Assembly: GCA_039812585.1 (NCBI GenBank)
Contig: JBDIAW010000001.1
Location: 15,547 to 79,546, forward strand
Source of the DNA: Actinomycetota bacterium
Lineage (GTDB): Bacteria > Actinomycetota > Actinomycetes > JBDIAW01
Reading direction: 5' to 3'
Length of the DNA: 64,000 bases
The notes beneath the pieces were generated by a model. The model was not told the origin of the DNA. It was given only the letters and a program-made list of their open reading frames with translations, and searched no databases. The position numbers and the translations under genes were made by a program. Below are positions 27,301 to 34,895 of this stretch, piece by piece. Numbering within the stretch: the first letter of the stretch is position 1; every line of letters starts with the position of its first letter.

Positions 27301-28400
27301 GGGGCGTGCAAGCTGGGCAAGGCTGGCAGCAGTGCGTGCTCGATGTGGGAATGACTGGGGACTCCGCGTTTGCTGATCAAACCGCCGCCCAGGCCACTGC
27401 CCTGCGGGGCAGCGTGCCGGCTACCAGCTTGGCCAATGCGGTGGAATCCACCACTGCGCTCACCTTGGGGCAGCACGCCCGTGGCAGCCTAGATACTCCC
27501 CTAGCGGTTGATGTGTTCAACGTGGAGTTGACAGCCGGTGACTCGGTACGTGTGCAGCCCAGCGGTACTTGCCCCTCCTCGGGAACCTTCGCCCTCACCT
27601 TGGTGGCTCCCGACGGACGTCCTGTTGCGACTAGCCACGGCAGCGGATGCGGGCGTCTAGGGGTCAGCAACCTGCGCACCTCGGGGCGCTACCAGCTACG
27701 TGTGCAGGACGTGGGCGGGTTTACCGGCACCTACGATGTGCAGGTCACCGGCACAAGCCTGGGAGCTACCTGCCAGGCGAATGCGGTGGGGCCCAATGAC
27801 GACGACTCGGTGCAGGTGCGCGCTTTACCCTTCCCGATACGCCTTGGTGGGCAGACCTATCAGTCACTGTGGGTTAACACCAACGGAAACGTGAGCTTCG
27901 ACGGGCCGCTGTCCACTTTCACTCCCCGCGATTTGTCCACCTATCCCCGACCGATAGTGGCCGCGTGGTGGGCCGATGTGCTGACCAGCGGCTCCGGGAT
28001 GGGTCAGGTGCGTTACGGCACGGGTCAGGTTGGCGGGCGGCAGGCGTTTTGCGTGGACTACCACCAGGTTGGCTACTACGGAGGTCGCAATGATCCCAAG
28101 CGCAACACCTTCCAGTTGTATCTGGTAGAACGTTCCGACTCCGCCCCGGGGGCGATCGACATTGTTTACCGCTACCAACAGCTGCAGTGGGAGACCGGCG
28201 GGGCCTCTGGGGGGACTCAGGGTTTAGGAGGCACCTCCGCTACCGTCGGTTACACCGATGGCTCTGGTAACCCCGGTGGGTGGCATGAGGTGACCGGATC
28301 ACGAGTGCCTGGCTCGTTTCTCGACGGGGCACCGAACAGCCTGGTGTCCACCGCTACGGGCAGCGACCAGCCTGGTACTCACGTGTTCCCCGTCCGATAG
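24360..28400 (+). CDS. Giant secreted multidomain protein: RTX Ca-binding repeats, CarboxypepD_reg-like, thrombospondin type-3 repeats, von Willebrand factor D domain, PPC domain and a NIDO-like domain
   Basis: A signal peptide '...LLTIVSPSSAAQA' precedes 'GGDDDIDGLEGEDVLCGGPGDDLLRGGTGKD' (RTX GGxGxD repeats). It is followed by 'NDADRDGFPE...DNCPSTANPDQADRDGDHVGDACDDED' (TSP3), 'FGDPHLITYDGLSYDFQAAGDYVV' (VWD start), 'ELTAGDSVRVQPSG...YQLRVQD' (PPC-like) and 'LGGQTYQSLWVNTNGNVSFDG...IVAAWWADV' (NIDO-like). Confidence 0.8.
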   Translation: MIIGSSGVEVPRMSISPYPPHRCRASLIVMAVVATLLTIVSPSSAAQAMAAPSPRCMGKLATIVGTDGPDTLRGTPGPDVMVGLGGDDDIDGLEGEDVLCGGPGDDLLRGGTGKDRLFGEEGNDVLAGSTAPDMVDGGPGRDVCAAGPQWQWDCIAVAPGRLHGVAAHSTRKTEVRIIGIGPVGASVQVFGAGAPASATIDSQAVFSMTVVLRPGVRNRLRLEIIGPRRDQAQPFWLSVRQLAPTGTRTVTGEVLNPDAQPVAGARVAYGNRVSFTSPAGKYTLTGLPSGALALQVSKPGYLGSLGMVQADHRGPQSVLLQPLAPALTLTSAGTTVRGLGYTVRIPAGAVSRPTQLHVTPGIATGGTDAYGSPIVDLSPNGLRFSRPVTVSLNPSVLGTTAEHVQAVGLNPETSQARVLDSHIVQGEVQVRVSTLQGMKFLLKPTIQPEVECQPYAALSDAYLARLYLRQVMIPLVHALVGYEAAQLWFDYLGGGVATPTPVNISSSNAKEFVDDPDADLAIFEVMHTLKAHLTGAGPVPALRHPSSPAQRRIRDYGVGHEVAITYRNPFNYPGNLAGGLSPASPLLGVRHDTRTIDGPVQFIPYATQQGVLTAVKAIAKPTLTVDDSMDFCPGDLTQGPEYHFTLPMSRLESTVDPQDGRFARPIAFQARAEAKQATYDVTQRYPTNDADRDGFPERQPWLDGDFVLDNCPSTANPDQADRDGDHVGDACDDEDNPPDPPDPGPQPPSLAGSFGDPHLITYDGLSYDFQAAGDYVVATDDRADFLVQFRYARREAGAPTVSYNRGVAAKVGPSVIAFGDDSSTDFRAPLNATLDGQPLNITPTPTPLPGGASVVLRGKYREVSWADGTTLSVGLRAAVTTHTLTLAPTRHGRVRGLFGNANSQPGDDLTSREGRTVQDARQAEQLYGAFGASWRVSEGQSLFRTPLPAAIGVPLNPTNNATIANLTPSQRHTAETICRSRGVQAGQGWQQCVLDVGMTGDSAFADQTAAQATALRGSVPATSLANAVESTTALTLGQHARGSLDTPLAVDVFNVELTAGDSVRVQPSGTCPSSGTFALTLVAPDGRPVATSHGSGCGRLGVSNLRTSGRYQLRVQDVGGFTGTYDVQVTGTSLGATCQANAVGPNDDDSVQVRALPFPIRLGGQTYQSLWVNTNGNVSFDGPLSTFTPRDLSTYPRPIVAAWWADVLTSGSGMGQVRYGTGQVGGRQAFCVDYHQVGYYGGRNDPKRNTFQLYLVERSDSAPGAIDIVYRYQQLQWETGGASGGTQGLGGTSATVGYTDGSGNPGGWHEVTGSRVPGSFLDGAPNSLVSTATGSDQPGTHVFPVR

Positions 28401-28417
28401 GCGGTCTCCACCCAGGG

Positions 28418-29833
28418 GTGGGTGATTGGGCTAGGGTGGCGGGCATGATGGATGGCCTGCGGTCACACCCGGCCCGGTGGGTGGGAGCTGGGGTGGTTCT
28501 AGCCGTCTGCCTGGGAGGCGGTTGGTGGGTCACCCGCCATGACCCTCCATCAGCACCGCACACAGTGGAGCTGACCACCTCCTCACCTCAGGTTTCCTCC
28601 CCTACAGCCCCTGACTCCCTTGAGCCCACCATCCCGACGCTCACCAGTGGGGACTCCACTACTGCTTCTGCTAACCCCACGTCTGCCCTGGAGCCCTCCA
28701 CCTCAGGGGGGCGAAAGGGTGTCTCTGACTCAACTGCCTCCACTCAACCCGCATCGAGCTCCTCCAGCATCGCGATACCGGCCGCCACTGCCGTACTGAC
28801 CCCCGAGCAGTTTGGAGCCCGGGGGGACGGCCTCACCGATGACACAGCGGCGATTCGGCGCGCTATGAATGCGCTGAAACCGGGCAACCACCTGGTGTTC
28901 GCGGCGGGAAAAACTTACCGTCACAACGATGTGCTGCGCGTACTGAACGGCGATGTGGTTCTGCGCGGCAAGGGGACCCTCCTCGGCGGGGCAGAGGCAC
29001 AGTCGGGGCTGATCATCCAGGCCCCTCGTGTGCGGGTGGATGGGCTGCGCTTGACCACCACCTCGACCACCAAGCGCTGGGATGCTCCGGAGCAGACGGG
29101 GATCACGTTGTGGAACCAGCCTGGCATTGTGATCACCAATGTGACGGTTACCAAATCGGCTTCGGCGGGGATTCTGGTCTATGGCAGTTGGGATTTCACG
29201 ATTGCCGACGTGATCGTGCAGGACACCCGGGCTGATGCGATCCATATGACGGGAGCCAGCCACAATGGCCGCGTGCTGCGCCCGGTCATTCGCCGCCCTG
29301 GAGACGATGGTGTGGCAGTGGTCTCTTACGGCACCGAACAGGCCACGCATCACATTGAGGTGCTCTCCCCTCGCCTTGATGGGCAAGTGTGGGGCCGTGG
29401 TTTTACCGTGGTGGGTGGGCACGATGTGACCTACCGCGATGTGTATGCCCAAGGGTCTGCCGGGGCTGGAATCTACGTGGCAGCCGAAAGTTCCTATCAA
29501 ACCTTGGGAGTTTCTCGCGTTCAATTCCTGGGCGGAACCCTCATACGCTCCAATACGGTGCAATCGGTGCAGCAAGGAGCAATTCTGGTGCACTCTGACA
29601 AAGCCGCAGCAGTGGTGGAGGACGTCCACATCAGTGGTGTCACCATCCGTGACACGGCTAACCCTGTCAACCGCGAGGTGGGGGCCCTCATCGCCGGCGG
29701 AGGTGTTGTGCGCAATATCAGCTTCACTGGTATTGCCATTCACGGAGGCACCCGCATGCCCTTTTACGCCTCCCCCGGAATTGGCCCCATCACCCGTACT
29801 GGCTGGACTAAAGACGGAAAACCCCTCAGGTAA
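28418..29833 (+). CDS. Membrane-anchored right-handed beta-helix protein (Pectate_lyase_3 / GH28-like)
   Basis: An N-terminal TM segment 'WVGAGVVLAVCLGGGWWV' and an S/T/P-rich linker precede 'FGARGDGLTDDTAAIRRAMNAL', the hallmark start of PF12708 beta-helix enzymes, and then periodic beta-helix coils. It starts 18 nt after the upstream giant gene. Confidence 0.7.
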   Translation: MGDWARVAGMMDGLRSHPARWVGAGVVLAVCLGGGWWVTRHDPPSAPHTVELTTSSPQVSSPTAPDSLEPTIPTLTSGDSTTASANPTSALEPSTSGGRKGVSDSTASTQPASSSSSIAIPAATAVLTPEQFGARGDGLTDDTAAIRRAMNALKPGNHLVFAAGKTYRHNDVLRVLNGDVVLRGKGTLLGGAEAQSGLIIQAPRVRVDGLRLTTTSTTKRWDAPEQTGITLWNQPGIVITNVTVTKSASAGILVYGSWDFTIADVIVQDTRADAIHMTGASHNGRVLRPVIRRPGDDGVAVVSYGTEQATHHIEVLSPRLDGQVWGRGFTVVGGHDVTYRDVYAQGSAGAGIYVAAESSYQTLGVSRVQFLGGTLIRSNTVQSVQQGAILVHSDKAAAVVEDVHISGVTIRDTANPVNREVGALIAGGGVVRNISFTGIAIHGGTRMPFYASPGIGPITRTGWTKDGKPLR

Positions 29834-29866
29834 CCAACGCACGAGGCTGTGGGGCAGACCCTCGGC

Positions 29867-31372
29867 CTAACGCTGTTGCCCCTCCCACCACTGGCGCAGC
29901 GCCGCTTCGGCCTGCTCGGGGGTCATGGGGCCGTGGTCCAGGCGCAGCTCCAACAGGTATTTATAGGCTTGGCCTACGGCAGGGCCGGGTGGTAAGCCCA
30001 AGATCGTCATGATCTGATTGCCGTCGAGGTCGGGGCGCACCGCGGCCATCTCCTCTTGTTGCTCCAACTGCGCGATGCGGAGCTCCAGGCTGTCGTAGGT
30101 GCGTTGCAGAGCCTCCGCTTTACGCCGGTTACGGGTGGTGCAGTCGGCGCGGGTCAAGATGTGCAGCCGCTCCAGCAGAGGCCCAGCATCGCGCACGTAG
30201 CGGCGTACCGCCGAGTCGGTCCACTCCCCCCCGCCGTAGCCGTGGAAGCGCAGGTGCAACTCCACCAGCGTGGCCACCTCCTCTACCACCTCGTTGGGGT
30301 AGCGCAACCCCCGCAGACGCTTGCGCGCCAGCTTGGCCCCCACCACATCGTGGTGGTGGAAGGAGACCCCACCGCCAGGTTCGAAGCGGCGTGTACGGGG
30401 CTTGCCAATGTCGTGCAGCAGCGCAGCTAGGCGGAGCACCAGGTCCGGCTCCGGCTCGCGCGCTGCCTCCCGCTGGGCCTGCGTAGCGTCTGGCGGGAGC
30501 TGCGGGAAGGCGCCCGGCAGGCGGTGCTCCATGGCGATGGCCTGCTCGAGCACCGTGAGGGAGTGTTCGTAAACATCTTTATGACGGTGATGCTCGTCGA
30601 TCTCCAGACGCAGAGCGGGCAACTCGGGCAGCACCAACTCGGCCAGCCCAGTCTCCACCAACAGCGTTAACCCCGGGCGAGGATCACGCGCCAGCAGGAG
30701 TTTGCTCAGCTCATCGCGGATCCGTTCCGCCGAGACGATCTGCAGGCGTTGGCTCATGTCCCGCATCGCCTGCAGCACCTCGTCGGCGACGGCGAAACCC
30801 AGTTGTGAGGCGAAGCGAGCCGCGCGCAGCATCCGCAGCGGGTCGTCACCGAAGGACTGCTGTGGCGTTCCGGGGGTGCGCAGGATGTGCCCGGCCAGGT
30901 CGGCCATACCGGTGCCAGGGTCGACAAACTCCAAGCTGGGCAGACGCAACGCCAAGGCGTTGATCGTGAAGTCGCGCCGGGCCAGATCTCCCGCCAGGGT
31001 GTGACCATAGCTGACCTGAGGTTTGCGACTGGCAGCGTCGTAGCTCTCCGCGCGGTACGTGGTGATCTCCACGGTCAGGCCATGTTTCTGCGCCCCGATC
31101 GTGCCAAAATCGCGCCCGATCTCCCACACCGCATCCGCCCAGGGCCCGACCAGGGGCAACACCTGCTCGGGTGTGGCGTTGGTGGTGAAGTCCAGGTCAT
31201 GGCTGGGCCGCCCCAGCAACGCATCGCGCACCGTGCCCCCCACCAGAGCCAGTTCGTAGCCTGCCTGGGCGAACATGTGCCCTAACTCCACCGCTGGCCC
31301 AGCCACCGGCGCCAGGTTGGCCACCGCTTGTCTTTGCAGCTGGGATAGTGACGTGGAGGGCGTGGAGGTCAT
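29867..31372 (-). CDS. cca: CCA-adding tRNA nucleotidyltransferase / poly(A) polymerase family with HD domain
   Basis: 'GGTVRDALLGRPSHDLDFTT' is the nucleotidyltransferase GGxVRD...DxD motif, and 'LLHDIGKP' is the HD domain. Its position next to a NUDIX gene and murJ matches the mycobacterial pcnA-mutT4-Rv3909-mviN arrangement. Confidence 0.85.
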   Translation of the reverse strand: MTSTPSTSLSQLQRQAVANLAPVAGPAVELGHMFAQAGYELALVGGTVRDALLGRPSHDLDFTTNATPEQVLPLVGPWADAVWEIGRDFGTIGAQKHGLTVEITTYRAESYDAASRKPQVSYGHTLAGDLARRDFTINALALRLPSLEFVDPGTGMADLAGHILRTPGTPQQSFGDDPLRMLRAARFASQLGFAVADEVLQAMRDMSQRLQIVSAERIRDELSKLLLARDPRPGLTLLVETGLAELVLPELPALRLEIDEHHRHKDVYEHSLTVLEQAIAMEHRLPGAFPQLPPDATQAQREAAREPEPDLVLRLAALLHDIGKPRTRRFEPGGGVSFHHHDVVGAKLARKRLRGLRYPNEVVEEVATLVELHLRFHGYGGGEWTDSAVRRYVRDAGPLLERLHILTRADCTTRNRRKAEALQRTYDSLELRIAQLEQQEEMAAVRPDLDGNQIMTILGLPPGPAVGQAYKYLLELRLDHGPMTPEQAEAALRQWWEGQQR

Positions 31373-31604
31373 CCCCTGAGCTTATGAGGCATTGTCCTGC
31401 TGATTTTTGGTTCAAGAGGCACTCCCCAGCACCCTTCGACTCATGATCCACGAGGTTACTTCTGCAACCATTCCCCACCCCACGTATCCGGTGATCACCA
31501 GGGCAGGGCCATCGCACCTCAGTTGCTCATCGTTATGCCTCCGTGGCCGCCAGTGGTGGGTTTCATGGTGGCAGCAGGCAACCAGCCTGGCCATTCCTCA
31601 GCAG

Positions 31605-32060
31605 TAAGGAGACGTCATGCGTGGCTTCCGTCGTTACTAATCCACAACCATCTTCACGTAGGGCGGTCCTCTCACTCACCGAGGGACCGCCCTATGGCTT
31701 GAGCGGGTAGTTAACAGTCGCCGGCTCCACAAAGAGCAGCCACATTCGTGACAAATCCTCCATAGCTCCTTCACAAACAGTTACCACTCGCTACAAGGCG
31801 TTTCGGAATATCACCAAGTAGTGGGCGTGTCGCCAGACCAAGGTCTAACTTCCCTAGGCACACCGGCCCCGCTAACGGTTAGATGGAGGAGGCAGGCAAC
31901 CGCCTGACTTCCAGTACATCTCCCAAGGAGTGCATCATGCGTGGCATCAAGCTCCGTGGCATCAAGCTCCGCTAACCCCGACGCGTTTAACTCGTTCGGC
32001 TTAACAGTTTGGCTGGTCCCCTACCGATGAAGTAGGAGGCCAGCCAAACTGTTAAGGGGG
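31605..32060 (+). promoter_or_regulatory. Leader region of the GGDEF/EAL gene: two SD-preceded mini-ORFs (MRGFRRY*, 31617-31640; MRGIKLRGIKLR*, 31937-31975) plus strong hairpins (about 31659-31694 and 32001-32055)
   Basis: Both mini-ORFs begin ATGCGTGGC and sit 5-6 nt after AAGGAG. The second contains a 15-nt tandem repeat 'cgtggcatcaagctc' x2. A 16-bp perfect inverted repeat 'ttaacagtttggctgg...ccagccaaactgttaa' ends 11 nt before the GTG start of the downstream gene. Confidence 0.3.
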
Positions 32061-32066
32061 GTACAC

Positions 32067-34166
32067 GTGCGTCGTTCTACCCTCACAGCTTTTTGGACAA
32101 TCGTTGCCGCCGGTACGATATCTGGCATTTGGCATTTCGTTTCTGTAGATCTCAAGCAACATTACGATCCTCTGGTTGTCATATGTTTAACGTTAGTTCT
32201 CATACTCTCGGAGCTATTTCCAGTAGAACTTAAGCGTGGAAGCAAAAAGGTCAGCGCACTTACGCTATCTAATGCGTTTATCGTCGTGCTTATTATTATG
32301 GGGCCGATTTGGCTATGCGCTTTCGCACAATTAATTTCCGAGATGATCAACCAAGTTAAAGAGAAATACAGACTAACAGCTAGCTTGTACAACGTTGCCC
32401 ATGTAATACTGGCGGCCGTCATCGCTTCGAATTGTTACCGGTGGGGTGAGGAAAACATTGTCCAGCTTCAAGGTGGAAATGTTTCCTGGGCGTTAATCTG
32501 GCTTATGCTTGTGGGCACATTCTACACAGCGTTTAGTTCAATGCTTTCAATTGTAGTAGGTGTGCTGGACTCCAAGATGAACTTAAAGGGTAGTTTTATT
32601 ATGGCGAAACAAGCCTACGGATACAGTCAGGCTATTGAAATATTGCTGATCCCGATAATTGTTGCCCTTGTAAATTACTGGCCTCCTACTTTGGTTTTCG
32701 TAGTTGTACCTTTGGCATTTGCGTCGCGGTATAATAAACTTTCAGCACAATTGACCACTTCCTCCATGCATGACCAAACCACTGGACTTCCTAATCGCCA
32801 TACGGTCGAAGAACAGTTTCATGAGACTGTTCAAAGTGGTACTCAAAGGTTAGCTGTTATTGTCGTGCAAATTGACAACTTGGGAGATATGACCCGAGCA
32901 ATGGGGCACCAAGCGGGAGATCAATTAATGTGCGATATTGCTGCTCGCTTGAATTCGGTGACGCGGCAAGGCACGGACATTGTCGGGCGCCTAGGGAGCA
33001 GCCGATTTGTCGTTTTAGCCCCTTTAGAAGAAGGGGTGGAAAATCCTCCAGATGTGAAATCAATTGGCGATCGTCTGTTGACCTCCCTGCGGGATGACTT
33101 TCGCTTGCAAGGGGTGCGCGTCAGTGTGTTGGCGACCGCCGGTGCCAGCCTCTACCCTGACCACGGCCAAACTGCAAGAGAACTGCTCCCCAAGGCGGAG
33201 GCAGCCATTCTCGACGCACCCCGCGGCCAGACCAGCCTGCACGACCCAGCCAACGAGATTTCCTCTCCCGAACGCCTGTCGGTGCTGGGGCAGCTACGCC
33301 ACGCCATCGACAACGGGCAGCTGGAGGTGCACTACCAACCCAAAGTCGACGCCAGCACTGAGATCGTGATGGGGGCAGAGGCCTTGGTGCGCTGGAGGCA
33401 CCCCGAACGCGGCTTGATTCCACCCATGGACTTCATCCCACTGGCGGAAAGTACCGGGCTGGTCAACCCCATGACCTGGGTAGTACTCGATCATGCATTA
33501 TCGCAGGTGAAACGGTGGACCAACCACCATTGGGGTCTGAAGGTGTCGGTGAACTTCGCCGCCGACTTGCTGATTGACAGCGAAACTCCTGCTCTGGTGG
33601 CCCGGGCGCTGCAACACAACCAGGTCAGCGCAGACCTGCTCATCATCGAGGTGACTGAATCCAGCTTGATCAAAGACGCCGCCCTAGCTATGCAGACGAT
33701 CACTGCCATCCGCCACCTGGGGGTGCAGGTGAGCGTCGATGACTACGGAACGGGGTACTCCTCGCTGGCTTACCTGCAAAAACTGGATGCCGACGAGCTC
33801 AAAATTGACCGGGCGTTCGTGAAAAACCTTGGTGCGCCTGACAACCAGCATGATCTGGCCATCGTGGAGACCACCGTCGCGTTGGGTCACCGGTTAGGAA
33901 TGGCCATTGTGGCCGAGGGGGTGGAAACTGCAGTGGAGCGCCAAATCCTGGAGGATGCTGGCTGCGACATGATTCAGGGCTTCTTCTACAGCAAACCGCT
34001 CCCGGGACCTGAGTTAACCGCGTGGTTAGCTCAGCGCCAGGTGCGGCCCCATCTGCCCAGTACCCTGCCCACTGCGCACCAACTCCACCAGATGATCCCC
34101 CAGCAAAATATTGGGCAACATACGGGCGAATGTGAGTCCGCCCCGCTGGGTTTCACGCTGGAATAG
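32067..34166 (+). CDS. Membrane-bound c-di-GMP phosphodiesterase: N-terminal polytopic sensor domain, degenerate GGDEF, active EAL
   Basis: About 8 TM helices occupy the first 230 aa. The GGDEF position reads 'RLGSSRF' (degenerate). The EAL domain has 'GAEALVRWRHP', 'LIIEVTES', 'DDYGTGYSSLAYL' and 'KIDRAFV'. Confidence 0.8.
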   Translation: MRRSTLTAFWTIVAAGTISGIWHFVSVDLKQHYDPLVVICLTLVLILSELFPVELKRGSKKVSALTLSNAFIVVLIIMGPIWLCAFAQLISEMINQVKEKYRLTASLYNVAHVILAAVIASNCYRWGEENIVQLQGGNVSWALIWLMLVGTFYTAFSSMLSIVVGVLDSKMNLKGSFIMAKQAYGYSQAIEILLIPIIVALVNYWPPTLVFVVVPLAFASRYNKLSAQLTTSSMHDQTTGLPNRHTVEEQFHETVQSGTQRLAVIVVQIDNLGDMTRAMGHQAGDQLMCDIAARLNSVTRQGTDIVGRLGSSRFVVLAPLEEGVENPPDVKSIGDRLLTSLRDDFRLQGVRVSVLATAGASLYPDHGQTARELLPKAEAAILDAPRGQTSLHDPANEISSPERLSVLGQLRHAIDNGQLEVHYQPKVDASTEIVMGAEALVRWRHPERGLIPPMDFIPLAESTGLVNPMTWVVLDHALSQVKRWTNHHWGLKVSVNFAADLLIDSETPALVARALQHNQVSADLLIIEVTESSLIKDAALAMQTITAIRHLGVQVSVDDYGTGYSSLAYLQKLDADELKIDRAFVKNLGAPDNQHDLAIVETTVALGHRLGMAIVAEGVETAVERQILEDAGCDMIQGFFYSKPLPGPELTAWLAQRQVRPHLPSTLPTAHQLHQMIPQQNIGQHTGECESAPLGFTLE

Positions 34167-34256
34167 AACCATCTGAGGGTCATTGCAACCCAGGTGCGAC
34201 TCAGCCAGACCGCCAGTAACCGACACTCCCGTGACGTGACGATTAGTCTTGGGTCA

Positions 34257-34895
34257 ATGACCATACCGCCCAAACCCAGTGACCCCGGCGCCTCCGGGCG
34301 CAAGCGGGGTAAACGTGGCGGTGGCAAAAGGTTTTCCAGACGTCCCGCGCCACCCACCACCACCCGTGAACATTTGCCGACTGTAGAGGAAACCTCCGCC
34401 GGCGGTTTGGTGGTGGACTTTGCCGCTCGCCCTCGGTGCGCTGCGCTGATCGGCAGGCTGGACCGCCGCAACAACCTGCGTTGGTCACTACCCAAAGGCC
34501 ACCTGGAAGAAGGCGAGACCTCCGAACAGGCCGCCGTGCGCGAGGTACACGAGGAAACTGGCATTATGGGCACCATCCTGGCGCCTATCGGGCCGGTGGA
34601 TTATTGGTTCATTGCCGATGGTCGCCGTGTCCACAAGACGGTGCACCACTTTTTGCTGGAAGCTATTGGCGGGGAGCTTTCCGACGAGGACGTGGAAGTG
34701 ACCAGCGTGGCCTGGGTCCCACTGGATCAAGTGCGAGGGCAACTGGCCTACGAGGGTGAACGTCGTGTGTTGGACACAGCCTTGAGTTTGTTGCCTGCCG
34801 AAGGAGAGGGGCCTGATGCGCTGCGCAAAACCGCTACCCCTGCGCCGGCACTGCCCCATCACCCGCCGCAGCCTGACCCTTCCTCCTGGCTCTGA
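34257..34895 (+). CDS. NUDIX hydrolase (MutT4-like)
   Basis: The NUDIX box '[22 protein letters not shown]' is present. The start is taken at 'MTIPPKPSD'; the tracked ORF begins at 34194. Confidence 0.75.
   Translation: MTIPPKPSDPGASGRKRGKRGGGKRFSRRPAPPTTTREHLPTVEETSAGGLVVDFAARPRCAALIGRLDRRNNLRWSLPKGHLEEGETSEQAAVREVHEETGIMGTILAPIGPVDYWFIADGRRVHKTVHHFLLEAIGGELSDEDVEVTSVAWVPLDQVRGQLAYEGERRVLDTALSLLPAEGEGPDALRKTATPAPALPHHPPQPDPSSWL

Noticed and set aside
28730-29842. 370-aa ORF on the minus strand
   Set aside because: It is fully antisense to the beta-helix gene, which has a clear PF12708-type signature. It has no recognisable motif.
31373-32066. Possible c-di-GMP (GEMM) or other riboswitch upstream of the GGDEF/EAL gene
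   Set aside because: I could not recognise the conserved GEMM-I/II, ydaO or other riboswitch core motifs by eye, so only generic hairpins and mini-ORFs are reported. A covariance-model search (Rfam/Infernal) would be needed.
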